Positions 28,815-38,142 of a DNA stretch of 64,000 bases are shown here, in pieces (the first letter of the stretch is position 1; each line of letters opens with the position of its first letter). Origin of the DNA: a virus (taxonomy: Duplodnaviria; Heunggongvirae; Uroviricota; Caudoviricetes). The notes beneath the pieces are model-generated. The model worked only from the letters and a program-made list of their open reading frames with translations, ran no database searches and was not told the DNA's origin. The stretch covers positions 91,127 to 155,126 of IMG/VR virus record IMGVR_UViG_3300031760_000006. The stretch is one strand, 5' to 3'. Made by a program: the position numbers and the translations under genes.

Positions 28815-29228
28815 TTACTCTTCACCTTCCTTTTCATAAGGACAATATCCATGACAATCACAACAAGTACAATCATCATTTTCATTATCCCCTAAGTACT
28901 TTTCTACATCGTCATAATCCATATAATTTTCAATATATAATAAAATATCATCTGATAAATTCGCCTCTGCTATTTCTAAAAGTTCTGCATAATCAGCAAC
29001 ACTACCAGCTAAGATACCAAACAGATATTCCTTAATACCATAATCTTTATGGTATAAATATACATCATAAATTTTTCCATGCGTATTAATGTAAGTAAAG
29101 ATTTCCATGAAGAATCCTTCAAGGCTTAATTCATAAGTATCAACTGAAGTAAACACTTTGTCTTTGATTACAACATTCATATTCATCATAATTATTACCT
29201 CTCTTTTTATGATTATTATTAATAACAA
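28815..29228 (-). CDS. hypothetical protein with C-terminal Cys cluster (CTCCDCHGYC)
   Basis: 137-aa ORF. Confidence 0.35.
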   Translation of the reverse strand: MLLIIIIKREVIIMMNMNVVIKDKVFTSVDTYELSLEGFFMEIFTYINTHGKIYDVYLYHKDYGIKEYLFGILAGSVADYAELLEIAEANLSDDILLYIENYMDYDDVEKYLGDNENDDCTCCDCHGYCPYEKEGEE

Positions 29229-29428
29229 GCTTTGTAACTATTAATTCCATTCTTATACAGGTAACTCTCACATCCGCTTAAAGTTCCTTGATACATAATT
29301 TCGCTTTTACCAAATCTCTTAGTATCGGCAATTACAAAGAATGACTGCTTATACCTGATTCCACACCATAAGTTTGTAATCTTGCAATTGGTCATTCCAT
29401 AACAATTAATTCTTTTTGTTGCTTTCAT
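29219..29428 (-). CDS. small Cys-containing protein
   Basis: 69 aa. A promoter and a good RBS lie upstream. Confidence 0.35.
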   Translation of the reverse strand: MKATKRINCYGMTNCKITNLWCGIRYKQSFFVIADTKRFGKSEIMYQGTLSGCESYLYKNGINSYKACY

Positions 29429-29446
29429 AACATTACTCTCCTTTCT

Positions 29447-29475
29447 ATCATATATTATTTAATTTAGTTTGTCAA
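29447..29475 (-). promoter_or_regulatory. sigma70-type promoter TTGACA-17-TATGAT
   Basis: The minus strand reads TTGACAaactaaattaaataataTATGAT, followed by AGAAAGGAG and an ATG. Confidence 0.5.
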
Positions 29476-29969
29476 GATACAAAAGGCACATAAGCCATAA
29501 TCATATTATTCTTAATCAACACATCATATCCCATTTCTCTTATAAAATCTTCGTACCATTTTCTTTTACAGTTTCTCTGATATTGGTCTTTACCTGTTGC
29601 CCGACCAATGCCAGTTCTATCTCCCTCATACACTGTAAAGATTGCGGCAGAACCGGGACGAACACAATCATCAATTACTTCTTTTAATATCTCATCTTCT
29701 TTAATTACATTTAATACGTTTGAGCAGATAACATAATCTGCATCATTAAGCTGCTCTAAAGCTATTTCATTATTAGTTTCTGTTTGATTATATTTATCAT
29801 AACCAAACCACTGGATGTTATGTTCCTTTGCCCAGTTTTGAATATGGTCAGTATAACGACCGCATCCATAATCAATTACTTTGCAATCATTAAACGGGAA
29901 GACATTATAAACTCTTGGTAATTTTTTTGAGTTGATTGAAGTGTTCTTTGAAGTAAAAGTTTGATTCAT
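29472..29969 (-). CDS. small class-I SAM-dependent methyltransferase
   Basis: VIDYGCGRYTD is a motif I GxGxG analogue. CSNVLNVI follows downstream. 165 aa. Confidence 0.5.
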   Translation of the reverse strand: MNQTFTSKNTSINSKKLPRVYNVFPFNDCKVIDYGCGRYTDHIQNWAKEHNIQWFGYDKYNQTETNNEIALEQLNDADYVICSNVLNVIKEDEILKEVIDDCVRPGSAAIFTVYEGDRTGIGRATGKDQYQRNCKRKWYEDFIREMGYDVLIKNNMIMAYVPFVS

Positions 29970-30002
29970 ATTTCTCTTCCTTTCTTTTTTTGTTATGTTT
30001 AC

Positions 30003-30458
30003 TTACTCTTCTTCTTCAACTTCTTTAGCATACATTTCTTTTGCATATTCAATCTCTGCTTCATGGTCATTAATAAAATCTTCCAGCATGTAGTTTTCTA
30101 CATACCATTTCACGAAATCCTCTTCGTTTTCCATCTCTTCAACAATTTCCTGCTCATAATAAGAATAAATTGTTCCACCTCTTATTCCAAAATAATCAGC
30201 GGTTGTTTCAAAATATTCATCTATCATTTCTACTAATTCCATTGGTTCGTAATGTTTGAACATCTCGTTAAACTCGTAATCACCAAGTTCAACATATGTC
30301 TCCTGCCCTTCATTAGCAAGCCATTCGTTATACTCGTCTATCATATCTGCATCGGCCACAAATTCATTTTCCTTAATATAATCAATAATTGCATCCTCAT
30401 CTAATTCAAATCCACATGCAAAGCTCATTAATTCTGTAGCCATAATTGTATTCATCAT
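30003..30458 (-). CDS. highly acidic protein, paralog A (DEDAIIDYI motif)
   Basis: 151 aa with about 30% Asp and Glu. Shares the DDAIIEY motif with the next two ORFs. Confidence 0.45.
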   Translation of the reverse strand: MMNTIMATELMSFACGFELDEDAIIDYIKENEFVADADMIDEYNEWLANEGQETYVELGDYEFNEMFKHYEPMELVEMIDEYFETTADYFGIRGGTIYSYYEQEIVEEMENEEDFVKWYVENYMLEDFINDHEAEIEYAKEMYAKEVEEEE

Positions 30459-30560
30459 AATTTAATCTCCTTTTCTTTTTTGATAAGTAAAAGGCTACCG
30501 ATTAATTATCAGTAGCCTTTTGTTTTTGTTTATTTAATTTATTTAATCAATTGTAAGTTA

Positions 30561-31052
30561 TTAATATGCCCAGTCCTCATCCTCTTCATCTTCCCTTTCG
30601 AGAATTTCATTTGCCGTTTCAATTTCTTCATGATAAGTAGTATTAAACTCCTCAAGAAGACAACATTCACAAATGAAATCGGCAAGAAAATCTCTATCTC
30701 CTTCCATTTCTTCAAGAATGTAATCGCTATCGCAAGAACAGATTGCATTATACATATCAATATAATAATACTCGTCATTAATATCAAAATCACGGTCTAA
30801 AGCATTGATGATTTCACTTGGAGTATAATTACTAAATTCATAATCCAGCTGTTCCATTTCACAATAAGTGTTCTGACCACACCGTTTTAAATATTCATTA
30901 TAATCATCAATATAATCTTCGTTAAGCGAATACATCTGGTAATCAATCATATACTCAATAATTGAATCCTCAGTAATTTCTCCACAATCTGCGTAATCAT
31001 TAACCAATACTCTTACCATTTCCATATCTACATTATCATTCTTATAAGTCAT
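30561..31052 (-). CDS. highly acidic protein, paralog B (TEDSIIEYMIDY motif)
   Basis: 163 aa. Acidic, with several Cys residues. Confidence 0.45.
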   Translation of the reverse strand: MTYKNDNVDMEMVRVLVNDYADCGEITEDSIIEYMIDYQMYSLNEDYIDDYNEYLKRCGQNTYCEMEQLDYEFSNYTPSEIINALDRDFDINDEYYYIDMYNAICSCDSDYILEEMEGDRDFLADFICECCLLEEFNTTYHEEIETANEILEREDEEDEDWAY

Positions 31053-31323
31053 AAGTAAGCTCCTTTTCTTTATTTAAAAAAGTATTTGCAAGTTCGATTT
31101 CTATCGAATGAACGTCTTTAAATAAACCAAGATAATTATCACGCACATAATCATATATAAAATGCCTAAAGCATTTATGTATACCTGTTAAATCCAAATC
31201 TTTTTTAATAAGGTATTCAATAATTGCATCATCATCAAGTTCAGGAACAATCCCTGTAAAAGGGCGTTTATATTCATTAACAAATATTATTAAATCAAAT
31301 ATTAATCTCAAATCAAAATGCAT
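31042..31323 (-). CDS. paralog C (LDDDAIIEYLI motif)
   Basis: 93-aa ORF. Confidence 0.4.
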   Translation of the reverse strand: MHFDLRLIFDLIIFVNEYKRPFTGIVPELDDDAIIEYLIKKDLDLTGIHKCFRHFIYDYVRDNYLGLFKDVHSIEIELANTFLNKEKELTYDL

Positions 31324-31338
31324 GGTTACTTTATCACC

Positions 31339-31551
31339 TCATTCCTGATTCTCAATTGTCTGTTCAATAACATCGAGAAGTTCTTCCGTTGTGTAGTTTT
31401 CAAAAAAGGCTCGTATTGTGTCATTATCACATCTCTTAACATGACTTCTAATTCCGTGTTCCGTTACAAACAATGCAACCGCCATATCACCAGTTAAAAC
31501 CTCAACCATCATTTTCTGCAAAAAGTTCAACTTGTATGTTACATCTCTCAT
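31339..31551 (-). CDS. hypothetical protein
   Basis: 70-aa ORF. Confidence 0.35.
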   Translation of the reverse strand: MRDVTYKLNFLQKMMVEVLTGDMAVALFVTEHGIRSHVKRCDNDTIRAFFENYTTEELLDVIEQTIENQE

Positions 31552-31746
31552 TTAAATCACCCCTCTTTCAATATCCCTTAACGCCTGTTTCCAAATCTTT
31601 CTTTCTTTTGCCTTGCTTAAGTTGCCTACATTTTTAACCTCCAGTTTCCATAAACTCTTTGTATACTGACGTTTCAAGGTTTCCCGGGCATTTTCATATG
31701 CGAGTCTTAATGCTTCTTCTTCTTTTCTTCTCTTGTTATGTCTCAT
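31552..31746 (-). CDS. small basic protein
   Basis: 64-aa ORF. Confidence 0.3.
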   Translation of the reverse strand: MRHNKRRKEEEALRLAYENARETLKRQYTKSLWKLEVKNVGNLSKAKERKIWKQALRDIERGVI

Positions 31747-31768
31747 TTTTTATCTCCTTTCTTTTAAT

Positions 31769-33046
31769 TTAAACTACTTTACATCTTGTCAATACAGTCT
31801 GTTTTACATCCTTAAATTCGGAATGCTGTTTAACAGTTCCTTTTAAAGTCTTTACAATGATTTCATCTTCATCATTGCCAATCCATTTACTTGCCTTCCA
31901 GATAAAGACATTGCCTTCTTTATCTTTAAACTTATACATATAAGTGTAACCCCATTGAGTTTCCCAAGAGGTTAACAATCTAGCATCTGCTACATCAACA
32001 GAGATTCTTTCACCAATCTCTCCAATGTAATCAGATTTCTGTTCCAGTTCCATTTCTCTTTTTCTGCGTTCTGCTCTGATTCTTAACTCTGCCTGATAAG
32101 CAAGTTCTTTATCATAAGCGGTCATCAGAGAACAAGCAAGACCTAAATGCTTTGCGTTGACATAATCACTAGAACAAACTACTTTTAAGTTATTCATGTA
32201 GTTGTTGTCTTTCTCTTGTGTTCTTACCCACGCAAGAGCATCATCAACGAACTGTTCATTTTTTTTGTAGTTGTAGTTCATGTCAGTTAATTTTTTACGC
32301 CAAGCATAAACCTCTTTATCCGACCACATATATGGTTTTCTGTTCTCTTCAATCATCATGGAAAGCCATGCCATATCATAAGTCGCATCAGGCTCTTGCG
32401 ATTTTCTGTAACCAAATTTGTTACACCATTCTTTACAGTGCATCAAATATCTTTTTAAGTTGTAATAAGTTTCATGGCGAGAACCCTCATAAGGAGCTTC
32501 ACCTTCAATTAATTCATTGAACATGCTCATGTATGCCGCAACTCCAGCCGCATCAAATCCGTGAGTGAAATCTTTTAAGCAAGACCTGCCTACCTGTTTA
32601 AATTCGTTTGTGTTTATGTTGCGGATAATATAAGTATCTTTCCTTCTTCTGTTTGTTTTGCAATGTTCGCAAACAGGCTCTGCATCATAGTACCTCTCAG
32701 GTACTTCAACACCCTCTGCATAACCATTAATGATGTTACCATCTGAGGTATGCTCAAGAGTTGCAACAAACTCCCAATCATTCACGATTGCCTTGCCATT
32801 CACATGGATAACAATCTGTTTAATGACTTCCTTTTCACCAAGTTTGTTTTCAATCGTTGTATACTCTTCACCAATTTTCTTGTAGGTAAAGTCACAACCA
32901 TATTTGTTACACTTGTTGCGGATACGAGTAAGTTTCTTCTCGAGGCGATTCATGTTGCCTTCGTAAATGCGGAAGATGTTGTCTTTCTTTTTCTCTGTTG
33001 TTGCGTTTGTTACTTCGTTTGTCTTATTTGTTACTTCCATAACCAT
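31769..33046 (-). CDS. hypothetical protein
   Basis: 425-aa ORF with no recognised motifs. Confidence 0.45.
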   Translation of the reverse strand: MVMEVTNKTNEVTNATTEKKKDNIFRIYEGNMNRLEKKLTRIRNKCNKYGCDFTYKKIGEEYTTIENKLGEKEVIKQIVIHVNGKAIVNDWEFVATLEHTSDGNIINGYAEGVEVPERYYDAEPVCEHCKTNRRRKDTYIIRNINTNEFKQVGRSCLKDFTHGFDAAGVAAYMSMFNELIEGEAPYEGSRHETYYNLKRYLMHCKEWCNKFGYRKSQEPDATYDMAWLSMMIEENRKPYMWSDKEVYAWRKKLTDMNYNYKKNEQFVDDALAWVRTQEKDNNYMNNLKVVCSSDYVNAKHLGLACSLMTAYDKELAYQAELRIRAERRKREMELEQKSDYIGEIGERISVDVADARLLTSWETQWGYTYMYKFKDKEGNVFIWKASKWIGNDEDEIIVKTLKGTVKQHSEFKDVKQTVLTRCKVV

Positions 33047-33082
33047 TCTCCCTTCTACTAATTTAATTTATTCATTTACCAA

Positions 33083-33274
33083 TTAGCAATATACAGTATA
33101 AATTTCTACATACAACTCTCCCATGTCATAAGGGTTGGCAAAGATAACTTCGCAGTTCAGAAATTTATCTTCGATTTCACTTGCTTCAAAAATACCAATC
33201 TGTTCCTGTTCTTCGTTCCAAAGGTTAACTTCTACATCACTTCTAAACACATCTAATAAATCTGCTAATAACAT
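33083..33274 (-). CDS. small hypothetical protein
   Basis: 63 aa. A promoter lies upstream. Confidence 0.3.
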   Translation of the reverse strand: MLLADLLDVFRSDVEVNLWNEEQEQIGIFEASEIEDKFLNCEVIFANPYDMGELYVEIYTVYC

Positions 33275-33305
33275 AAATATCTCCTTTGCTTTGTAGTGCT
33301 TATTT

Positions 33306-33334
33306 AGTATAAATCAATTCTAATAATTTGTCAA
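33306..33334 (-). promoter_or_regulatory. sigma70-type promoter TTGACA-17-TATACT
   Basis: The minus strand reads TTGACAaattattagaattgattTATACT. Confidence 0.5.
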
Positions 33335-33365
33335 CATTATTTATAATATTTAATTTAATTTGTTA

Positions 33366-34184
33366 TTAATGATAAGACAAAACAACACTCTGAACATCCT
33401 CATCACAATTTGCTTGCTTAAAGGATGAACATCCTTTATTTTCAGCTTTGCACTCGGAACAATTACCGCTACAGAAGTAAGCGTGTTTCAATCTCGTTTC
33501 ACTTGCAGTGGTAGTTCCATCTGCGTATAAGATATGACTCTCTGGTAAATGATGTGGATTATCCAAAGTCATTCCTTCAAACCCGCTAAGTAACGGATGA
33601 ATACCGTCCTCAAATTTATCTGAACCAGTTTCTCTTTCTTTTTCATCAAGGTAAGCGTTGCACCCACTATGATTTTTAGTGAAGAAGATAATATCTGTAT
33701 TCGGAAGTTTCTTTTTTAACTGGTCAACGAAGAAGAAATCCGTATCTGCAAGGTCACCACCTACATTGATTCGAAGTTCTTCAACTCCTAATCGGATACA
33801 CTCTTCGTATACCTGTTGCCAAAAGATTTCAGGAAAGAGAAGATGCAAAGCTGAATTCCTTGCACGGTCATTCTGTACCGCTGGCTGAAAACATACATTA
33901 TGAATATCGTAGCAATCAAGCCTACACCCTTCACAATTAGGACAATCAGCCACAGGAATCAAACTAACTGTGTAAACAGTTTTACCTGTTTTTGAATTCC
34001 CTTTCTGAAGAACAATTCTGTACATCTCTCCGTTTCGAAGTCGTATTATATATCCTTCACGAAGTTTAAGCATCTGCCCTACTCGCTTCTGAACGGTTTT
34101 CATAGACCGCTTTTTCTTTTTCTTCGGCATGATGCTTAAAGCGAATTCCTTAATGTTCATTTTGATTAAACTAAGTTTTAACAT
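33366..34184 (-). CDS. hypothetical protein with CPNCEGCRLDC cysteine cluster (possible Fe-S or zinc binding)
   Basis: 272 aa. Has a Cx2Cx2Cx3C cluster plus a C-terminal CSGNCSEC. Confidence 0.4.
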   Translation of the reverse strand: MLKLSLIKMNIKEFALSIMPKKKKKRSMKTVQKRVGQMLKLREGYIIRLRNGEMYRIVLQKGNSKTGKTVYTVSLIPVADCPNCEGCRLDCYDIHNVCFQPAVQNDRARNSALHLLFPEIFWQQVYEECIRLGVEELRINVGGDLADTDFFFVDQLKKKLPNTDIIFFTKNHSGCNAYLDEKERETGSDKFEDGIHPLLSGFEGMTLDNPHHLPESHILYADGTTTASETRLKHAYFCSGNCSECKAENKGCSSFKQANCDEDVQSVVLSYH

Positions 34185-34223
34185 AATTTATTCTCCTTTT
34201 CTTTTAAATTTGTTTTTTATTTT

Positions 34224-34265
34224 CCACCAAAAAGGAGACCCGAATCTTGTATTCGAGTCTCCTTT
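34224..34265 (-). terminator. Rho-independent terminator downstream of 34302..35342
   Basis: A 14-bp stem (aaaggagacccgaat/attcgagtctccttt) is followed on the minus strand by a TTTTT run. Confidence 0.5.
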
Positions 34266-34301
34266 CTTACCCCACTCTCGCTTACTAATCGAGAGAATAT
34301 C

Positions 34302-35342
34302 TTACCATCTTCCCTTCTTACTACCATAGATGACGTCCATCTTGGCATAGAAGTCAAAGCGATTCTCTTCGATTACTTCCTTCATTAAGCCAAGGAATTT
34401 GTAACCACCGAATCCACAGCAATGTGCGAAGTCAGTAAAGTAATCTTCCCTTCCGCAATACTGCTGTCTTGCAAGTTCAAGATTTCTCTTGCTCCCCTGA
34501 CCACCCTGACGAAGAACACATCCATGATTCAGAATCATGTTCTCTAAGGTGTAGTAAGCACCACTTGCCTTGAAAGCCTCAACCCAAGCTACGGACTTCT
34601 TAGTATCTCTTGGCAAGTTGATAGTGCAATCACGGAAGGACTTAAATGCAATATACATCTTCTTATAATCATCCTTCGTTCTAGCTGTGGCAAAATTATA
34701 CATTGCCATGTTCATATTAGGTACTAACTCATTTCTAATAAATTCCCTAATATGGATACCTCTACTACATCTTCCGTAAGTTACATTATCTCCCTTTCTA
34801 ACTGCGGGGTAAACCCAACCATAATTGCCATAATAACCCCTACTAATCTTCTTCTCAAGATATGCTACTGTCTCTGCCTGAATATCACGCATAATTGCGG
34901 TTACAACCAACGGATTAAAGAATCCCTTCCTGATTTCAAACTCATCAGGGTCTCTCTTCTGCATCTTAACGAGTGTTCTCAACTCATCTTCCGTTGTCTT
35001 AAGGACATACTTGATGTCCTTATCCTTGAGATATCCATTGTATCCTCCTTCATGATTCAAGGCACGGAACATCTGTGCCATTACCCAACGGCGATACTTA
35101 CCGGGGTAATTAATAGTTCCCTGATTAAGAATACTCTGCTTGAGTTCTTCAAGATTAATTCCGTTGATATAAACAATGGAATCCTTAATCTCTACGTTTG
35201 CTCCTGTCTCAACGAGCATCTTAAGTGTATTCTCTCTGTCTGTGCTGGGTTTATTTGCCTTTCTCATAGCGGTATCCTCCTTTGTGTTGTTTGTATTTGC
35301 GGTGGTGTTAATTGTTACATTAATATTCATTTCTTTTCTCAT
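34302..35342 (-). CDS. hypothetical protein
   Basis: 346-aa ORF. Confidence 0.45.
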   Translation of the reverse strand: MRKEMNINVTINTTANTNNTKEDTAMRKANKPSTDRENTLKMLVETGANVEIKDSIVYINGINLEELKQSILNQGTINYPGKYRRWVMAQMFRALNHEGGYNGYLKDKDIKYVLKTTEDELRTLVKMQKRDPDEFEIRKGFFNPLVVTAIMRDIQAETVAYLEKKISRGYYGNYGWVYPAVRKGDNVTYGRCSRGIHIREFIRNELVPNMNMAMYNFATARTKDDYKKMYIAFKSFRDCTINLPRDTKKSVAWVEAFKASGAYYTLENMILNHGCVLRQGGQGSKRNLELARQQYCGREDYFTDFAHCCGFGGYKFLGLMKEVIEENRFDFYAKMDVIYGSKKGRW

Positions 35343-35379
35343 AATATTTATCTCCTTTTTAATTTAATTTTGCTTTTTG

Positions 35380-35928
35380 TTAATAACCTAAAATCCATTC
35401 TCTCAAGAGAATTAAATCTTTATCCCTTGGACTTACCCAATACCAATGTTTGGGATTCTTCCAATACATTTTATCTGTTACAATTGCACAAACAATGTAT
35501 CCTTCAAGAATAGCCTGTGCAAGTGAACGTGATTCACCAACAACGAATTCCTTATCTGTCAGTTCATCATTCGTTTTAGCTTTGAAATAACTTCTCTTGC
35601 AATTCTTATCAGGGCGAGAAGTTTTAAATATCTCATAGTTGCTTTCAATGATTTCATAAGGGTCTCTATTAGATAAGTTTATGGTGTATCCATTCTGTAT
35701 CACCCCTTCCTTAATTAAGTATTTTTTATTCACTTTAATAGTTCTTTTTTTTATGTTGATATAAAACGGTTTCTCTTGCGATACTTCATCAAATAAAGTA
35801 TCCATAACATCTTTTACTTCTCTTGCTTCTTTCATTTTGTTCCCTTCTTTCTTAGTACTAAAGACATTGATTTTTTCTTTATTTGTTTGATGAAAGTACC
35901 TGCGGCTCACGAATTGAACAGCTTCCAT
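35380..35928 (-). CDS. hypothetical protein immediately downstream of the hairpin-cassette array
   Basis: 182-aa ORF. The true start may be the internal MKEAREV. Confidence 0.4.
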   Translation of the reverse strand: MEAVQFVSRRYFHQTNKEKINVFSTKKEGNKMKEAREVKDVMDTLFDEVSQEKPFYINIKKRTIKVNKKYLIKEGVIQNGYTINLSNRDPYEIIESNYEIFKTSRPDKNCKRSYFKAKTNDELTDKEFVVGESRSLAQAILEGYIVCAIVTDKMYWKNPKHWYWVSPRDKDLILLREWILGY

Positions 35929-36019
35929 GTAAGTGGCTGGAATGTCTGACCAAGATATTCCAGCGACAAGTGGAAGCCAAGTCGTGGGCAGCAGGTATGT
36001 CTAAATTATTTGTCTTCTC

Positions 36020-36600
36020 GTACTTTTCACATACTAAAAGCTTGATGTTATTTCTTTATGCGGTTGATACCTTACTCCAGACGGCCCTGACGTACCGGGC
36101 GTCTGAAAGTAACCATCTCCATCAGACGCCAGGTACGTCAGGGCCGTCTGGAGTTGGTTGAATTGTTTGCTTTCTCGTATGTGTTTTTTGCCTTTTGCCT
36201 TTCACTTTTATTTCTTTTTTGGCTCGACTTCTCTTAATTTAAGTATACTAAAAGCTTGATTTTTTCTTTATAGGATTGATATCGTTCCCGGATCCCGCCT
36301 ACGGGCTGGTTCAGGAAAGAGACATCGCATCCTGAACCAGCCCGTAGGCGGGATCCGGGATGAGATGCTAATTCTTTGCTTTCTCGTACACTTCGACCAA
36401 ATACTAAAAGCTTGATGTTTTCTTTATTTGCTTGATACATATACAGCAGCTCGTGAGGCGACCCTCCTAAATCGGGTGTCCCCGACTGCTGCGGATTTAG
36501 AGTGTCAACGATGAATGGCAGCAGTCGGGTTCCCCGATTGGAGGGACGCCTCACGAGCTGCTGTAGAGGTTGAAACTCTTTGCTTTCTCGTATTTAGTCT
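36020..36600. repeat. three tandem cassettes with conserved flanks (ATACTAAAAGCTTGATG...TTGATAC at 5' on the plus strand, TTGCTTTCTCGTA at 3'), each holding a different GC-rich long hairpin
   Basis: Hairpin stems run 36075..36153 (about 32 bp, one mismatch), 36286..36360 (31 bp, perfect) and 36443..36564 (about 47 bp, imperfect). The flanking repeats recur at about 36031, 36246 and 36411. Confidence 0.8.
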
Positions 36601-36620
36601 TTCTTTCTTTTTTCTTTTTT

Positions 36621-38033
36621 TTAAGCGGCGATTCCTGCATTCACCTCCATTTCTCTTACAATCGCCTTATATAACTCTGGATGAGTTTTTAAGTTCTTTT
36701 GCATACATAATGGAGAGTAGTAATTCTCAATATGCTTTACTTTTTTCTTGTTATAATGGCTGTTACCATATCTGTTATAAATTTTTGTTCCGTCTTTTAA
36801 TTCAAAGGGTTTGTTACTATTAGGTCTGTAAATCACAACTCCTTCGTCATAAGGTTCGTAACCAATTCCTGCAATATCTTTATGATTTGTCTTGCAAGAT
36901 TTGATACAATCCATGATGAATTCGTTTATTCTTTTTAAATCTTCTTCACAGTTGACAATTGGAAGAATACTTGTTGCCCAAGAATATTCTCCGTTTCCAA
37001 TATAAAGGATTCGATTGACTGCGTTGACTGCCCCCTTCATTGAGATTTTTTTCTTAAGAGTAGCTTCTTTTATCTGTTCTCTTAATTTCTCTAATCTCTT
37101 TCTTGAAATTGTTATTTTACTTCCTTTTATTGAGAATCCTAAGAACGTAATCCATCCGTTTTCATAAACAGATTCAACCTTCTTCGGATTCAATGTTAAT
37201 CCAAAACTCATAAGTCTTGCCTTGAGATAGCCCAAAGCATACTCATGATTCTTACAAACAAAGAGAATGTCATCTGAATAACGAACATACTGTCCGTTGC
37301 AGATTTTGTTCATTTCTTCATCCATGTCATAAAGAAGCACATCAGCTAACCAAGAAGCTACTGCACAGCCTTGCTTTAAAGACTGATAACGATGAACTAA
37401 TTCACCATCAATATAACAAGTATCTTGATGATAATATTTCCTTAAGATTGTGATGATACAAGACTTTCCAAATTCCCTTTCGAATCTGTCAAAGATTGCA
37501 TCAATAAACTCAATAGGTACTGAGTCAAAGTATTTAGAAAGGTCTGCTTTCGCTCCAATCTTTCTTCCTTTTTTAATTTGTCTTCTCTGTTTTCTATTGA
37601 GTTCTTCAAATCTTTTTCTTCTGAATATTTTTTTACTGCCGTGAATAATCCATTTAGATACTTTCACGACAATTTTACCAGTTCCAATTCCCTTCTGATA
37701 AGACAAGCAATGAGGACTTATCCAACCTCCTGCCTTAAGTGTTATAGTGAACAAAGCATTCGTTATAACACTGAGGAATATTCTGTCTTGTCCAGAATTA
37801 ATAAACACTTTCCTGAATTCTCCGGGCTTGTCTTTTGGTATCTGTTGTACATCTGGAATACCAATTGTATACTGTTCCAAGACAGCTTTTTCAAAAATCT
37901 CTTCCGCTCTGTATTCAGGGTTGGAGATTTTATTTAAGATTCCTTGGGGAATCTCTTTTATAATTGCTCCTGTGCGTAAGGCTTCTTCCCAATAAGAATA
38001 TTTTTTGCATTCCTCAAGAAGAATATCTGCCAT
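36621..38033 (-). CDS. reverse transcriptase (retron / DGR / group II-like RT domain; subclass undetermined)
   Basis: RT motifs RKVFINSGQDRIF (1), SYQKGIGTGK (2), KADLSKYFDSVP (3), LKQGCAVASWLADVLL (4), YVRYSDDILFV (5, YxDD), GLTLNPKKV (6) and TFLGFSI (7). Confidence 0.85.
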   Translation of the reverse strand: MADILLEECKKYSYWEEALRTGAIIKEIPQGILNKISNPEYRAEEIFEKAVLEQYTIGIPDVQQIPKDKPGEFRKVFINSGQDRIFLSVITNALFTITLKAGGWISPHCLSYQKGIGTGKIVVKVSKWIIHGSKKIFRRKRFEELNRKQRRQIKKGRKIGAKADLSKYFDSVPIEFIDAIFDRFEREFGKSCIITILRKYYHQDTCYIDGELVHRYQSLKQGCAVASWLADVLLYDMDEEMNKICNGQYVRYSDDILFVCKNHEYALGYLKARLMSFGLTLNPKKVESVYENGWITFLGFSIKGSKITISRKRLEKLREQIKEATLKKKISMKGAVNAVNRILYIGNGEYSWATSILPIVNCEEDLKRINEFIMDCIKSCKTNHKDIAGIGYEPYDEGVVIYRPNSNKPFELKDGTKIYNRYGNSHYNKKKVKHIENYYSPLCMQKNLKTHPELYKAIVREMEVNAGIAA

Positions 38034-38085
38034 GCTTTCTCACTCCTTTCTTTTGTTTTTTGCTTTGGTTAATTAACTCCACAGA

Positions 38086-38121
38086 GTACCCAACTTTGTA
38101 TTTATTTCAGTTGGGTACTCA
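38086..38121. repeat. perfect 12-bp inverted repeat GAGTACCCAACT / AGTTGGGTACTC (copy 1 of a GTACCCAAC...GTTGGGTAC family)
   Basis: Intergenic, between the RT start and the upstream gene, flanked by TTAATTAA. Confidence 0.6.
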
Positions 38122-38142
38122 AGCAATTAATTAAATTGTTTT

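Noticed and set aside
36020-36600. Reading the conserved-flank and variable-core structure as a CRISPR array.
   Set aside because: The repeat units are about 60–70 bp and of unequal spacing. The variable cores are 80–125 bp perfect palindromes. No cas genes are present. It is not CRISPR-like beyond a superficial repeat-spacer resemblance.
35883-36823. Track ORFs at 35883..36161(+), 36234..36554(-) and 36515..36823(+).
   Set aside because: They run through the GC-rich hairpin repeats and the RT 3' end. They have no RBS and their composition is driven by the palindromes. Judged non-coding.
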